64,000 nucleotides of DNA from Mobula hypostoma (Eukaryota), in NCBI RefSeq assembly GCF_963921235.1, contig NC_086097.1:130140001-130204000 (forward strand), read 5' to 3'. Positions within the stretch are counted from its first letter, which is position 1; each line of letters opens with the position of its first letter. The position numbers and the translations under genes are program-made. A model generated the notes under the pieces. The model searched no databases. It was given only the letters and a program-made list of their open reading frames with translations, and had not been told where the DNA came from. Shown here one piece after another: positions 1-12,169 of this stretch.

Positions 1-523
1 TACCCAATTTATTTATTTAGAGGTACAGTGCAGAATAGATCCTTCCAGCCCTTTGAGCCATGTTGCCCCGGCAACCCTGATTTAACTCTCACTTAATCAC
101 GGAACAATTTATAATGACCAATTAACCTACTTTTACAATTAATCTTTCGACTGTGGGAGGAAACCAGAGCACCCAGGTAAAACTCACACATTCCACATGA
201 AGGATATTAAGAGATTCCTTACAGAGGACACTGGAAATGAACTCTGGTGCCACGAGTTGTAATAGCATCAAGCTAACTGCTACACTACTATGACCAAATA
301 AACTAGACCCTTCTCCTTCAGCAATCCCTCAGGATTGAGGAGGACTTGTTTCCATTCCAGTTCTGTAATCAGAGGTGACTGATAGCCTGATGTAGGAACC
401 AAAAATCTTCCACAGATGGGGCAGGAAGCTTCCAGTGGATGGGATGAATGAGTGTTTTTTTTTCCCCAAATGAGTATTTGAGATCATTCCTACAACTTCT
501 GTGCATTTGTTACCCTTTCACCA

Positions 524-1170
524 TCACTAGATTGGAGTACGGCACAGACAGAGTACAAGAATTCCCACACAAGTCTGACGAAGAGCTTGAAAAAAAGCAG
601 TAAGTTTTTTTCAAAGGGCATCTTTGATTGGAGTACAGCATAGACACATTAGAAGCATTCCTGCGCAAGTCCAGCAAAGAGCTTTAAAAACCCAGTCTCC
701 ATAAAAGTGAGGTACCATCTAGCAGAGTGGCCACTGTGCAAGTGGACTGAGACAGAGTGGTAAGGCTTTGCCTCAGCGTGGCTTCAACGAGAACAGGTCT
801 AAAGTAAGTAGGCAATTTCTTATTTCACTCTAGGAGAATAGGGGGCATGTCTACAGAGCCAATGTTCTGTTCTGAGAGTCAGATGTGGGATTTCTGAGGG
901 ACGACCAGCCTCCCTGATGGCCAGACCTGCACCAGGTGCTTCAAGATGCAGCTGCTTGGAGACCGCGTTAAGGAACTGGAGCTGCAGCCCAATGACTGCC
1001 AGCTTGTTAGGGATAGTGAAGAGGTGACAATAGCTACAGGAAGGTAGCTAGCCCAAGGTTACAGGAGGCAGATAAATGGGTGACTGTCAAGACGGGGGAA
1101 GGGAGACTGTCAAATAGAGAAAAGCCTCAACAATAAGTACCCCAGTTTGAGTACTGTTGGGGAGAAACGA
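524..1170 (+). mobile_element. CR1 5' UTR / ORF1 remnant
   Basis: Duplicated unit of about 97 bp (gattggagtac...aagagctt..aaaaa at 530 and 627), then decayed ORF1-like C-x-x-x-QMWD...CTRC...LLGDRVKELELQ. Confidence 0.55.
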
Positions 1171-1931
1171 CAAGGTTGAAAAGGAAGTACAACGTTCAAA
1201 AGTACGTTTGTAATTTTGACTATTTATTCAGATCTATATTGTGAAAAGAGCAAAGACAGCAGGTAATGGAGGAGACTAATTGGACCTCTCTTTCAAAATG
1301 GGACATAATGGACATGTGGTCAATGCTCACAGTCTTTCTCCCAGGGTTGGGGAATCAAGAACTAGAGGCATAGGTTAAGGTGAGAGGGAAACTTCCATTC
1401 CCAATACTTGAAAGATATTTGGTCAGGAACATGAACAGGAAAGGTTCAGATCAGAGCCAAATATAGGTAAATGGGACTGGCTTAGATTGGAATCTTGGTT
1501 GGCATGGACCAGTTGGGCTGAAGAAGCCATATAACAATGCTGGAATGAGTAGGAAGGGATAAATGGCCACCTACTACACTGTATCAATTCTTTCAATAGG
1601 ATTAGTATTTCAGATGTCTTACCAAGAATGTCTGGAAGGCTTTTCCCATTGCAAATCTTTACATAATCAGACCTATTTCACACATTGCACATCAACACAC
1701 ACATAACTCCTTTAAATGCAGAAGTCCTCCAAGACCTGGATCAACACGTTGACATCGTGTAAAGGCTTGTGTGCTTCAAGGACTCCATTAGGCGATGCCA
1801 ACTCAGGGCCACCCATATTGGAATAGCTGAGGACAAGATACCAGACGAAGATCGATCTAACCCTGTATCCCAAACGGACAGACTTGTGTCTGCTCCTCCC
1901 GGGCCACACTTCAATTAGAAGTGTGAATGCT

Positions 1932-2217
1932 GGGGCCGGCTGGTGGCGCAATGACATCGGTGCCTGACCTGGAAGCGGAGGTTCCCGGGTTCGAAACCAG
2001 TTGGGTCCGCTCCCAAGTACGCTTTTCATCCGTGCCAGGTTGAGTGTCGAGACCTCGTAAAGGGAAAAATACTGCAAAAAACGTCTGTGTGAGGAATGGC
2101 GCACCACATAGTCTCTCTCTCACTCCGCGCCTTGTAAAAGCCAAGAAAAAGACATCACAGACGCGCACGCAGACACACACACACACTTACACGCACACAA
2201 GCGCACGCCAAAAAGAC
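1932..2217 (+). mobile_element. tRNA-derived SINE, young
   Basis: A box TGGCGCAATG and B box GGTTCGAAACC; CpG-rich; (CA/CG)n tail; 10-bp TSD GTGTGAATGC at 1921-1930 and 2218-2227. Confidence 0.85.
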
Positions 2218-5079
2218 GTGTGAATGCCATATGAAACAACAACAACAACAAAATGCAGAGATATACGACTGTGTCAGCTTCCCACCTATGCCACAAAATG
2301 ATTATAAACCCAATCGGGCACAACTAAATTTAAGTTTGAATTGAACACTGAAATGCGTACAAAACAAATTAAACAGGACCCAAGCCAAAAATTTAATTTC
2401 AAAAAAATAATACACTCTTCCTAGTAAGTAATTACTATTATAATCAAGTTGATTGTAAACACGACTTTTCCTATGCAGTTAAAGCTCAAAATACCTTCTA
2501 TGCATTTTATATTATAGCAACACAAGAAAAAAATAACAAGCAAAAATTGAATCAAAGCAAGCAAGATGTACTTGCTAAAGTAAAATGAAGCTAGATCTAT
2601 GACAACCTCCAAATACCATTCCTGTTTCCGTTCCGCATTTGAACTTCAATTAGAGCCACAAATCTTCGCTCCAGTCATCTTAATTTCATGAAGGAGGAAT
2701 GAGACATTTAAAATCTTATAAATGATTTAATGTATTCACACTGGTGGTGAGAGCACGCTGCTGTAGACAAACCGTTACAGCAAACAGCAAAGATTGAGCT
2801 GACGTGAAGATTGCTCTCATTCTTGATAATCAAAAGGAATTATTAAATCCACCAGTGCAAAAACACAAGGCAAAAGCAAAAAGTAATTTCTGTCAAACTA
2901 TACTTTAAATTAGAATTTCTAGTCAGGAATTGGGCAGAAGCTTTTCTTTAAAATTAAGGTATGGAAAGGAAAGTATAGATATAGAATCACCTGAACCTGC
3001 TCTACCACTCAACAAGTACTTGGTTTATCCTGGACCGCGGGTCCACTTGCCCTTCTAATTCTTACTTCCCAAAAATCTCTCCATCTTATTTATATACACA
3101 AACAACTGTGGGGTCAGATTCTGCTCTAATGCCACCTACAAGTTCGCAGATGACACTTATCATGTGAACAAGCCTCCCCTCAATGGTCTGTCTATGCTCC
3201 CTTCCGACCCGGACAAGGAGCCAATACAGTCAAATATCCCTCATACCCCAGTCACTCTCTTTTTTTCCTCCTTCCATCGGGCAGCAGATACAAACGCTTG
3301 AAAACATGCACCAACAGGCTCAAGTTCAGCTTCTATCCCACTGCCAGATTACTGAATGGGCCTCTTGTATGATCAAGGGGACACTTGACTTCACAATTCA
3401 CCTCTTAACTGCCTTGCAGCTTATGTCAGCCTGCGCTGCACTTTCTCTGCAACTGTATCGCTATATTCTGCATTCTGTTATTACTTTCCTCTTGTACTAC
3501 CTTGAAGTACTTATGGGGTGAAGTGATCTTTATACACGGCATGCAACAAAAATGTTCACTGTGCTTTGGTGCATTAATAAACAAATTGATGAATTACCAA
3601 TGGTCTTGCAGCTTTTCTCTAGGTGCTCCAGTTTCTCTCTCCAACATCCCAATGAACACAAGATTCATAGGTTAATTGGTCACTGTAAATTGGGTGGTAG
3701 AATCGAAAATGTGTGAAAATAGTGGGGAGTGGGATTCCTCTGACTGCCACCTAATGGAATAAATGGCCTCTTCTCCGTTGCAAGGGGGAAAAAAGACTTC
3801 TTAGTTTCATTATTTTTCTTACAATCATTATAACAGATGATTAGAACCAACTAGAACTGATTCTGACAAGGCTTCATGGATCTGAAATGTAACACCATTC
3901 TACTCTTGGACCTACTGAGCATTTTCAGCATTTTCTGGTTTTAATTCAGATTCCCAGCAACCACAAGATTTTATTTTGATTCACTAATTGGAACGCGAAC
4001 ATTTTCCACCAAAATAATGGGTGATAAGTACATGATAATTACAGGCTTTCTTTCTCCATGGCTCACCCTTCATCTGACAAATGTCACACTTTGGAAGAGT
4101 AATATTTTACAAGTGTCAATTCAATAGCTGTTAATTAAACGATAATTAAGAGGTAGCCCAGTTCCAACTTTTAACTTTATTTTCTGAAAGGTAACCTGAA
4201 GTAAGAGTATGACTCTCACTTTCTTTGCATTTGATTTGACAACAAGAAGATATGCAACATCTCCCTTCTCATTTGGTTTCACCTATCACCTGCCAGTCCC
4301 TGCCTCACCCCTCTTTTTCATCCCTTTATACTGGTAATCTCCTTTTATAAATTCTCAGTCCAAATACAGGATCTCACCCAGAGACATTGCCTAACACTTT
4401 GTCTCCATAGATCCTGCTCGACCCACTGTTCCTCCAGCATCTGAGGATGCTGACACCATAAGACACAGGAGCAAAATCAGGCCATTCAGCCAATCAAGTC
4501 TGCCCCATTTCAAGTTCAAGTTAGATTTTTGATTGTCATTCAACTATACAGATGTATACAGCTAAATGAAACAGCATTCCTCTGTGCAAAACACAGTACA
4601 AATAGTCACAGTACATTCATGATTTAAGATTGTTTAATGTGATTTCCTATACACAAATGTAAGGAAAACAAAATAATTGTTACTGCAGACGCAATGCAGC
4701 ACAAAATCAGGTTTTGACTACCTGTTGTAGAACCTTCCTGTCCACCACAGTGTGGTTTCCATGCCAAGCAATGATGCAGCTTGTTATGATGCACTCTACT
4801 GTGCATCTGTAGACTAACGCAAGTATGGATGTGCGAAGTCCAGCTCTCTTCAGTCTGCTCAAAAAGTAAAGGAGTTGGGGAGCTTTCTTGATAGTGTAGG
4901 CTGTGTTCTGGGACCATGAGTAAACATATAGTTACCATAGCACACACAGTCACAGAAATAATATTAGCACAGTTCCTCGAATGGCATGCCCTGAAGATTG
5001 ATGGTGAATGGAATGTTGCCCTGGGGCCACATTTCTGCAAGAACAAGTATGGAGCAGTTCCTCATCTTGTGTTGGGCCA

Positions 5080-8000
5080 TCCATAGACAAAGGCAAAATA
5101 GCTTGTCTTGTGCTGGGTCAACAGCTCATCATCATGGCTGACTTGGTATCCCTCTCAACCCTATTCTCCTGCCTTCTCCCTATAACTTTTAACACCCTAA
5201 CTAATTCAGAACCTATCGACCGTCATTTTAAATATACCCAATGACTTGGCTTCCACAGCCATCTGTGGCAATGAATTCCATGGAGTCACCACTCTCTGGC
5301 TAAAACAAAATCCCCATCTCTGTTGTACAGTAACATCATTCTATTGAGAGGTTGTGTCCTCTGTTTCTAGACTTACCCACTGCAGGAAACATTATCTCCA
5401 CATCCCTCTACCCAGGTCATTCAATATTCAGTAGGTTGCAATGAGATCCAACCTCTCCCCAACCTCCTCATTCTTCTAAACTCCAGCAGGTACATGCCTA
5501 GAGCCATCAAAAGCTCCTCATACATTAACCCTTTCATTCCTGGAATCATTCTCATGAACCTTCTATGGACCCTCTCCAACACCAGCACATCTTTTCTTCG
5601 ATAAGGGGCACAAAGCTACTCTCAATACCCCAAGTGTGGTATAACCAATGCCTTATAAAGTCTCAGAACTACACCCTTGCTTTTATATCCTAGTCCTTTC
5701 AAAATGAACGCTAACATTGTATTTTCCTTCCTTACCACTAACAACCTGCAAATTAACCTTTAAGGAATCCTACATGAGGACCCCCAAGTCTCTTTGCATC
5801 TTTGATTTCTGAATTTTTTCCCTGTTTAGAAAATAGCCTTTATTCATTCGACTAAATTGGATGACCATACATTTCCTTACATTATATTCCATCTGCCACT
5901 TCTTTACCTATTGTCCTAATCTGTCTAAGTCCTTCTACGGACTCACTACTTCCTCAACACTACCTGCTACTCCACCCAGCTTTCTATCATCCGCAAACTT
6001 GGACACAAAGCCATCAATTCTGTCATACAAATCAGTGACACAAGCGTGAAAAGAAGCAGCCCCAACACCAACCTCTGTGGAACATTACTAGTCACTGGTA
6101 GCTAACCAGAAAAGGCCCCCTTTATTCCTACTCTTTGCCTCCTGCCAGTCAGCCGATCCTCTATCCCCATGCAAGTATCTTTCCTGCAATACCATGAGGT
6201 CTCATTTTGTTTAGCAGCCCCATATGCAGCACCTTGTCAAAAGCCTTCTAAAAATCCAAGTAAACCACAACCAGTGACTCTCTTTTGTCCGTCCTGCCTG
6301 TTATTTCCTCAAAGAATTCCAACAGATTCGTCAGACAACATTTCTTTTTAAGGAAACTATGCTGTCTTTGGCTGATCGTCATGTGCCTCCAAGTACCCCA
6401 AAACCTCATCCTTCATAATGGGCTTCAAAAATCTTCCGAACGACTGAAGTCAGGCTAACTAATGTGAAATTTCCAGTCTTTTGTCTCATTCTCTTCTTAA
6501 AAATTGGAGTGAGATTTGCAATTTTCCCATCCTCTGGAACCATTCCAGAATTTAGTGATTCTTGACAGATCATTACTAATACCTCCACAATCTCGACAGC
6601 TTCCTCTTCAGAACTCTGGGGTGTCATCCGTCTAGTCCAGGTGACTCACCTATCTTCAGACCTTTCTGCCTTCCAAGCAGCTTCTACTTAGTAATAGCAA
6701 CTACACTCATTTAAGCTCCTGACACACTTGAATTGCTGGCATACTGCTGGTTTCTTCCACAGTGAAGACGGATGCAAAATATTTATTAAGTTAGCCCGCG
6801 ATCTTTGTCCCCCATTGCTACGTCTCTAGATTAATTTTAAAGTGATCTGATATCCACTCTAGCCTTTTGATTTTACTGTTTATATATCAGAAAAACTGTT
6901 CGTATCCTCTTCTCTATTATTGGTTAGCTTATACTCATACTTCATCTTTTCTCACTTAAATGCTTTTTTTCTTTTCCTTCTGTTCATTTTTAAAAGCTTC
7001 CAAATCCTCTAACTTCCCACTAATTTTTGCTATATTATATGCCTTTTCTTTTGCTTTTATACTGTCTTTGACTTCCCTTGTCTGCCACAGTTACCTCATC
7101 CTCCCTTTAGAATACATCTTCCTCGTTGGGATGTACTTATTCTGTTCCTTTGGAACTGCCTCCAGAAACTCTAACCATTGCTGACTGCCGTTATCCCTGA
7201 TTGTGTCCCTTTCCAATCAACTTTGGCCAGCTCCTTTCTCATGCCTCTAACTCTGATATATTCAATTTTAGTTCTCCTTGCAAACTGCAGGATGAATTCG
7301 ATCGTATTTTGATCACTGCCTCCCGAGGGTTCCTCAGCTTAATTGCCCTACTCAAATCAATACCCAATCCAGAATTGCCTTACTCGAAGTGGGTTCAACC
7401 CCAAGCTGCTCTAAAAAGCTATTTTACAATTTGAAATACAGGCATTTTACAAATTCCATCTCTTGGGAACCAGCACCAACATGTTTTTCCCAGTCTACCT
7501 GCATACTGAAATCCCCCTTGACTCTTGTAATATCACCCTTTTTACATGTCTTTTATCTCCCATCTCCCACTGTAATTTATACTCCACATCCTGGCTACTG
7601 TTTGGAGGCCTGTCTGGATCTTTTTCTTTAATTTTAGAGATATGGTGCAGAAAAGGCCCTTATGGCCCAAATTGCCGCACCAGCCAGCAACCCACCTACT
7701 TAACCCAAACTAAACACAGGACAATTTACTTTGACCATTTAACCTACAAACTGGTACATCTTCAGAATGAACCTACTAACTGGTACATCTTCAGAATGTA
7801 GGACAAAACTGGAGCACCTGGGGGAAACCCACACGTTCACGGGGAGTAACATATTATCTACAGTCTCTTACAGACGGGATCCAACCTCCAACAAGCTATA
7901 ATAGTGTCACACTATTTCTTGATTCTACTCACAAGGACTCTACACCTTTTGATGCCATATTACCTCTTTTGAAGGATTTGATTTCATTTTTTACCAACAG

Positions 8001-8420
8001 AGTCACCCCACTCCCTTTGCCTACCAGCCTGTCTGTGCATTCTTGCATAGGATGTTACGCTCCCAGCTACAATCTTCCTTTATCCATGACTCAGTAATTC
8101 CCACAATGTCATTCCTGCCAATCTCTAACTGCATTACAAGATCGCCTACCTTACTCTGTATATTGCATGCATTCACAAATAACACCTTCAGTCCTGTATT
8201 CATCACCCTTTTCAATTTTGCCCGCACGTTAAATGTCCTTGGAAGCTAAATTCTGATCCCTTTCTAAACTATACACTCCATTTACTTCTATACCAACTGT
8301 CTCATCCTCAGGCCTATAACTCTGGTTCCCAGTCCCCTGCCAAATTAGTTTAAGTCTTCTCTAACAGCTCTAGCAATCCTGCATGGAAAGATATTGGTTT
8401 CCTACAGGTTCAGGTGGTAC
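5080..8420 (-). mobile_element. Decayed CR1 LINE (APE endonuclease to RT)
   Basis: Minus-strand remnants LKVLFVNACNIQSK...DIVGITESW (endonuclease) and SLNSGMVPEDGKIANLTPIFKK (RT); interrupted by a SINE near 7630-7910. Confidence 0.85.
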
Positions 8421-10442
8421 AGGTCCTACCTTCCCCAGAGAAATGCGAATTATCTAGAAATCTAAACCCTTGCACCCTGCACCAATTCCTCAGCCATGCC
8501 AAATCATCTATAGCACGGTGGCTTCACCAATGTCTTGTTCAACTGCAATATAACTTCCCAGCTTCCATACTCAACGCCCATTCTGATGAAGGTCAATGTG
8601 CCAAACACCATCTTCACTACCCTATCTACCTGTAACTTATCTCCACTAATTCAACATGTACAGGTTCCTCACCAAGCAGTATTGGTATCATAGATATTAT
8701 TCTTGCCTCCATGTGATTCAAGAGTAAACACAAAATTGAAATACACAGCCGGTGATCCACCATTTCACTATAGCACCACTTGTTGGAATCAAAGGCAAAG
8801 GTAAAAGAAACTGGGCCATTGTCCCAATGTTTTACAGTGTCATCTGTAAGATCAGGATTCAAATACCATCGATGTCTGTAAGGAATTTGTATGTTCTCCT
8901 AGTGACCGCGTGGGTTTCTTCCAGGTGCTCTGGTTTCGTCCCACACTCCAACGATATACGGTTAGGGTTACTGAGTTGCGAGCTTGCTACTTTGGCACCA
9001 GAAGCATGGTGATAATTGTAAACTGCCCAGCATAATCTTCACTGATTTGACGCAAATAGCGCACTTCACTATGTTTTGATGTACATGTGACGAATAAAGC
9101 TAATCGTTTTAACCAGCTTTGCACATCAGTGCTCAACAGGATGCAGAGGCCTGTGTAGGGGATACATTACAGATAGATGTGTGCAGACAGTACTCTATTC
9201 CAGCACTGCCAAGATAACGGAAATGGACAGAGAATAAATGACATAGTTATCCAAAGACAGAACTGGTCAGACTGGCTTCAGCTGCAAAGATTTACTGCAG
9301 GTTAAAATTGCAATTGTCAGTTAAACTCATTACTTTTCTAGTGTCTTGGAGAGCCGAGTCACAGCCGCGCCAAGGAGACAAAGCGGGCTGCAACTCAACT
9401 GCTGGTATCCACTAAATTACCCGCTGGATGTACAAATGTAGGTTGTTACAAAGCTTTTAGTTCAATAGGGACAAAATCACTGTGGACTTCTGATTCGCTG
9501 ATGAGATTAACATGCTATTTTAAACTGTAAACAGATGTATCTGATGCACGTTTCAGCCTTGACTGCACTCCAGAAAGCTAATGGCTCTCCATCATGCATG
9601 TTAATTCGTACATCAGGAAAGCTTTGCGGGCTGAAATTTAAGTATTTAAAATACACCAAAGGATGTTCAATCTCCTACAAACACAAATTCTGCTGGCTGC
9701 TTAGAACACAAATTTGATGGGCTAGCAATTATACACTGATGGAAAATAAAAGAATTGCATTTGTGTTGCATTATCGGTTTTTTTTTTATTATGTAGAGAT
9801 CCAACAAGACGCAAGGCCCTTCTGATTCAGCTAGGCCACGACACCCAATTACACCCTTGTAACCAATTAACCTACAATCTGTATGTCTTTGGAATCTTGG
9901 AAGAAACTGGAGCACCCGAAGGAAACCCACATGGTCATGAGGAGAATGTACAAATTCCAATGATGGAACTGAAACCAGATCACTGGTGCTTCAGTATTTT
10001 AAGTGAGACCAGGGCATATTTTCACAGTGGACAGTAGGGCCGTGGGGAGTGTCGTAGAACGGAGGAACCTAGGAGTTCAGTTCTTGCATGTGGAGCCACA
10101 GGTAGGCAGGGTGGGGAAGAAGGCACACTCATCTTCCTTTGTCTGGGCATTGAGTATAGGAGTCCAGGCATAATGCTGCAGTTGTATAGGACGACGTTGA
10201 GGTTACACATGGGAGTATTGTGTATAGTTTTGGTCACCCTGCTATAGAGGAGCTAACATTAAGCTAGAAAAAAAATGCAAAGGGTTTTGAAGATGCTGCT
10301 GGGATCTGAGGGCCTGGGATACAAGGAGAGATTGTGCAAGCTGGAAGTTTATTCCATAGAGGTATATAAAATCACAGATAGAGTGAATGCATAGTCTTAT
10401 TCCGAAGGAAAGGGAATCAGAAACTGGTGGGCGTAGTTTTAA

Positions 10443-10758
10443 GGGGCACGTGGCCAAGCGGTTAAGACACTTGACTAGCGATCTGAAGGTCATGAGTTCG
10501 AGACCCAGCCGAGGCAACGTGTTGTGTCTTTGAGCAAGGCACTTAATCACACAGCGCTCTGCGACGACACTGGTGCCAAGCTGTATGGGTCCTAATGCCC
10601 TTCTCTTGGACAACATCAGTGTCGTGGAGAGAGGAGACTTGCAGCATGGGCACCTAACTGCCTGTCTTCCATACAACCTTGCCCAGGCCTGCACCCTGGA
10701 GCGTGAAACTTTCCAGGCGCAGATCCACAGTCTCACAAGACTAACGGATGCCTTTATC
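10443..10758 (+). mobile_element. tRNA-derived SINE with CORE-like segment, inserted in a CR1 3' fragment
   Basis: A box TGGCCAAGCGG, B box AGTTCGAGACC, CORE-like gtgtctttgagcaaggcacttaa; direct repeat AGTTTTAAGGGG at 10435-10446 and 10759-10770. Confidence 0.85.
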
Positions 10759-12131
10759 AGTTTTAAGGGGAGAAGAGAGAAATGAGAAACAAGCTTTTGA
10801 ACACATAAGGTAATGCACATGGAATAAGCAGCCAGAAGAAGTGATTGAGGTAAGCACTGTACATTCACAACACTTAATAGGCACTCGGACTGGAACATGG
10901 ATGGGACTATTTTACAGGGATATGGGCCAAACATTTGACAATGAGACTAGCTGTGAGAGATCCTGGTCAGCATGGACAAGTTGGGCTGAAGGGCTAGTTT
11001 CCATGCTGTATGATTGTATTTAAGATGAAAACAAAGATAACACTACAGCCAGCAGATGATTAATTGTCAACAAGCTAGGTTGTCACCCATTGCAAGTGGC
11101 CAAGGTTTATTTAATGCACATGACTTATATGTGGCTGCACACTACTCATTGAACTTTTCCTAGAGAAATAAATCATAGTTATTGAGAGAGGTTGCTGCAG
11201 TTTCCATTTCCTGCACTATTTGAATTGACTCTGTTTTCTAAACAAATTTACTACACGGACAGATCTTCTTCTACCCCAAGTTTGCAAGTCTCCACATGCT
11301 GGACCATACTGTTTCTCCCAAAATGTAGTCTTCCACTGATAAACTAGCTCCTGGCAGATCAGAGAAGTACAAAACCTCTCCCAAAGCAAGAAACCGGATG
11401 CAGTGACAAGATCGCCGAGAATAACCAGTCTCTGACCCCAACTCACCAGCTTCATACCTGCTATTTAAATTGGATGTTCAACTGCTCCACCACTCATTAC
11501 AGTCATGGCTAATCTTTTACTTCCACAGTGCTCAACATCTGGCCAGTGGGGTAGTTCCATCCAGCCCAGCTGTGGGAGTTACTCTGTATCTATACTCGTA
11601 AGTCCTTCACTGCATTTGCCCCAGTTGACAACTCTGTCCCTGAAGATGTTTCCTGAAGTGAGATCTTACTTAGAAAAAAAAACACCACCTCAGACTTCCT
11701 GGCTATCGGAACCATTACAGCACTGAATATGTCTGTGAACCTCTTATGCATTCTCTAATGGTTCAGACACACTTCCGGTAAGATGGCAGCATAGTCTGAC
11801 ACAGCAGCTTCTACAGGGTCAACTGAAGGTGTTATTGTCTCTTTTAAACATTTTTTTACAATCGCAAGACCCTGCTAAACATTAAAGTACTGCAGATCTA
11901 CTCCATCGAGTTGCTCGTTGCCGGAGAAACTGAGGGAGTTGGTATGGACTGTGACAGAGGGGCTTCAGTACGCAATGGAGGTATGCAGTCTACCAGCGAT
12001 TGATCATCTTAGTTGCTTTTCTTGTGATTGCAAAACTCTGTCCTTTACTGGTTTTTCACCTGGAACATACTAGCCTTCTCCTTCCCACCCTCCCCCCACC
12101 TTCTTTATAGGGCTTCTGCCCCTTCCCTCTA

Positions 12132-12169
12132 CAGTCCTGACGAAGGGTTCTGGTCCGAAGCGTCGACTG
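12132..12169 (+). ncRNA. Hammerhead motif, degenerate (GAAA>GAAG), in a Penelope 3'-end fragment (about 12080-12260)
   Basis: cagtc-CTGACGA-agggttctggtcc-GAAG-c-GTC-gactg; perfect 5-bp stem I cagtc/gactg. Confidence 0.6.

Noticed and set aside
1932..2012. tRNA gene (also 10443-10510)
   Set aside because: No complete cloverleaf; both continue into SINE bodies bounded by TSDs.
7743..7800. Short tandem duplications (29 bp here, 30 bp at about 50994-51053, 10-bp x3 at about 48690-48720)
   Set aside because: Local slippage duplications inside repeats; no spacers, so not CRISPR-like.
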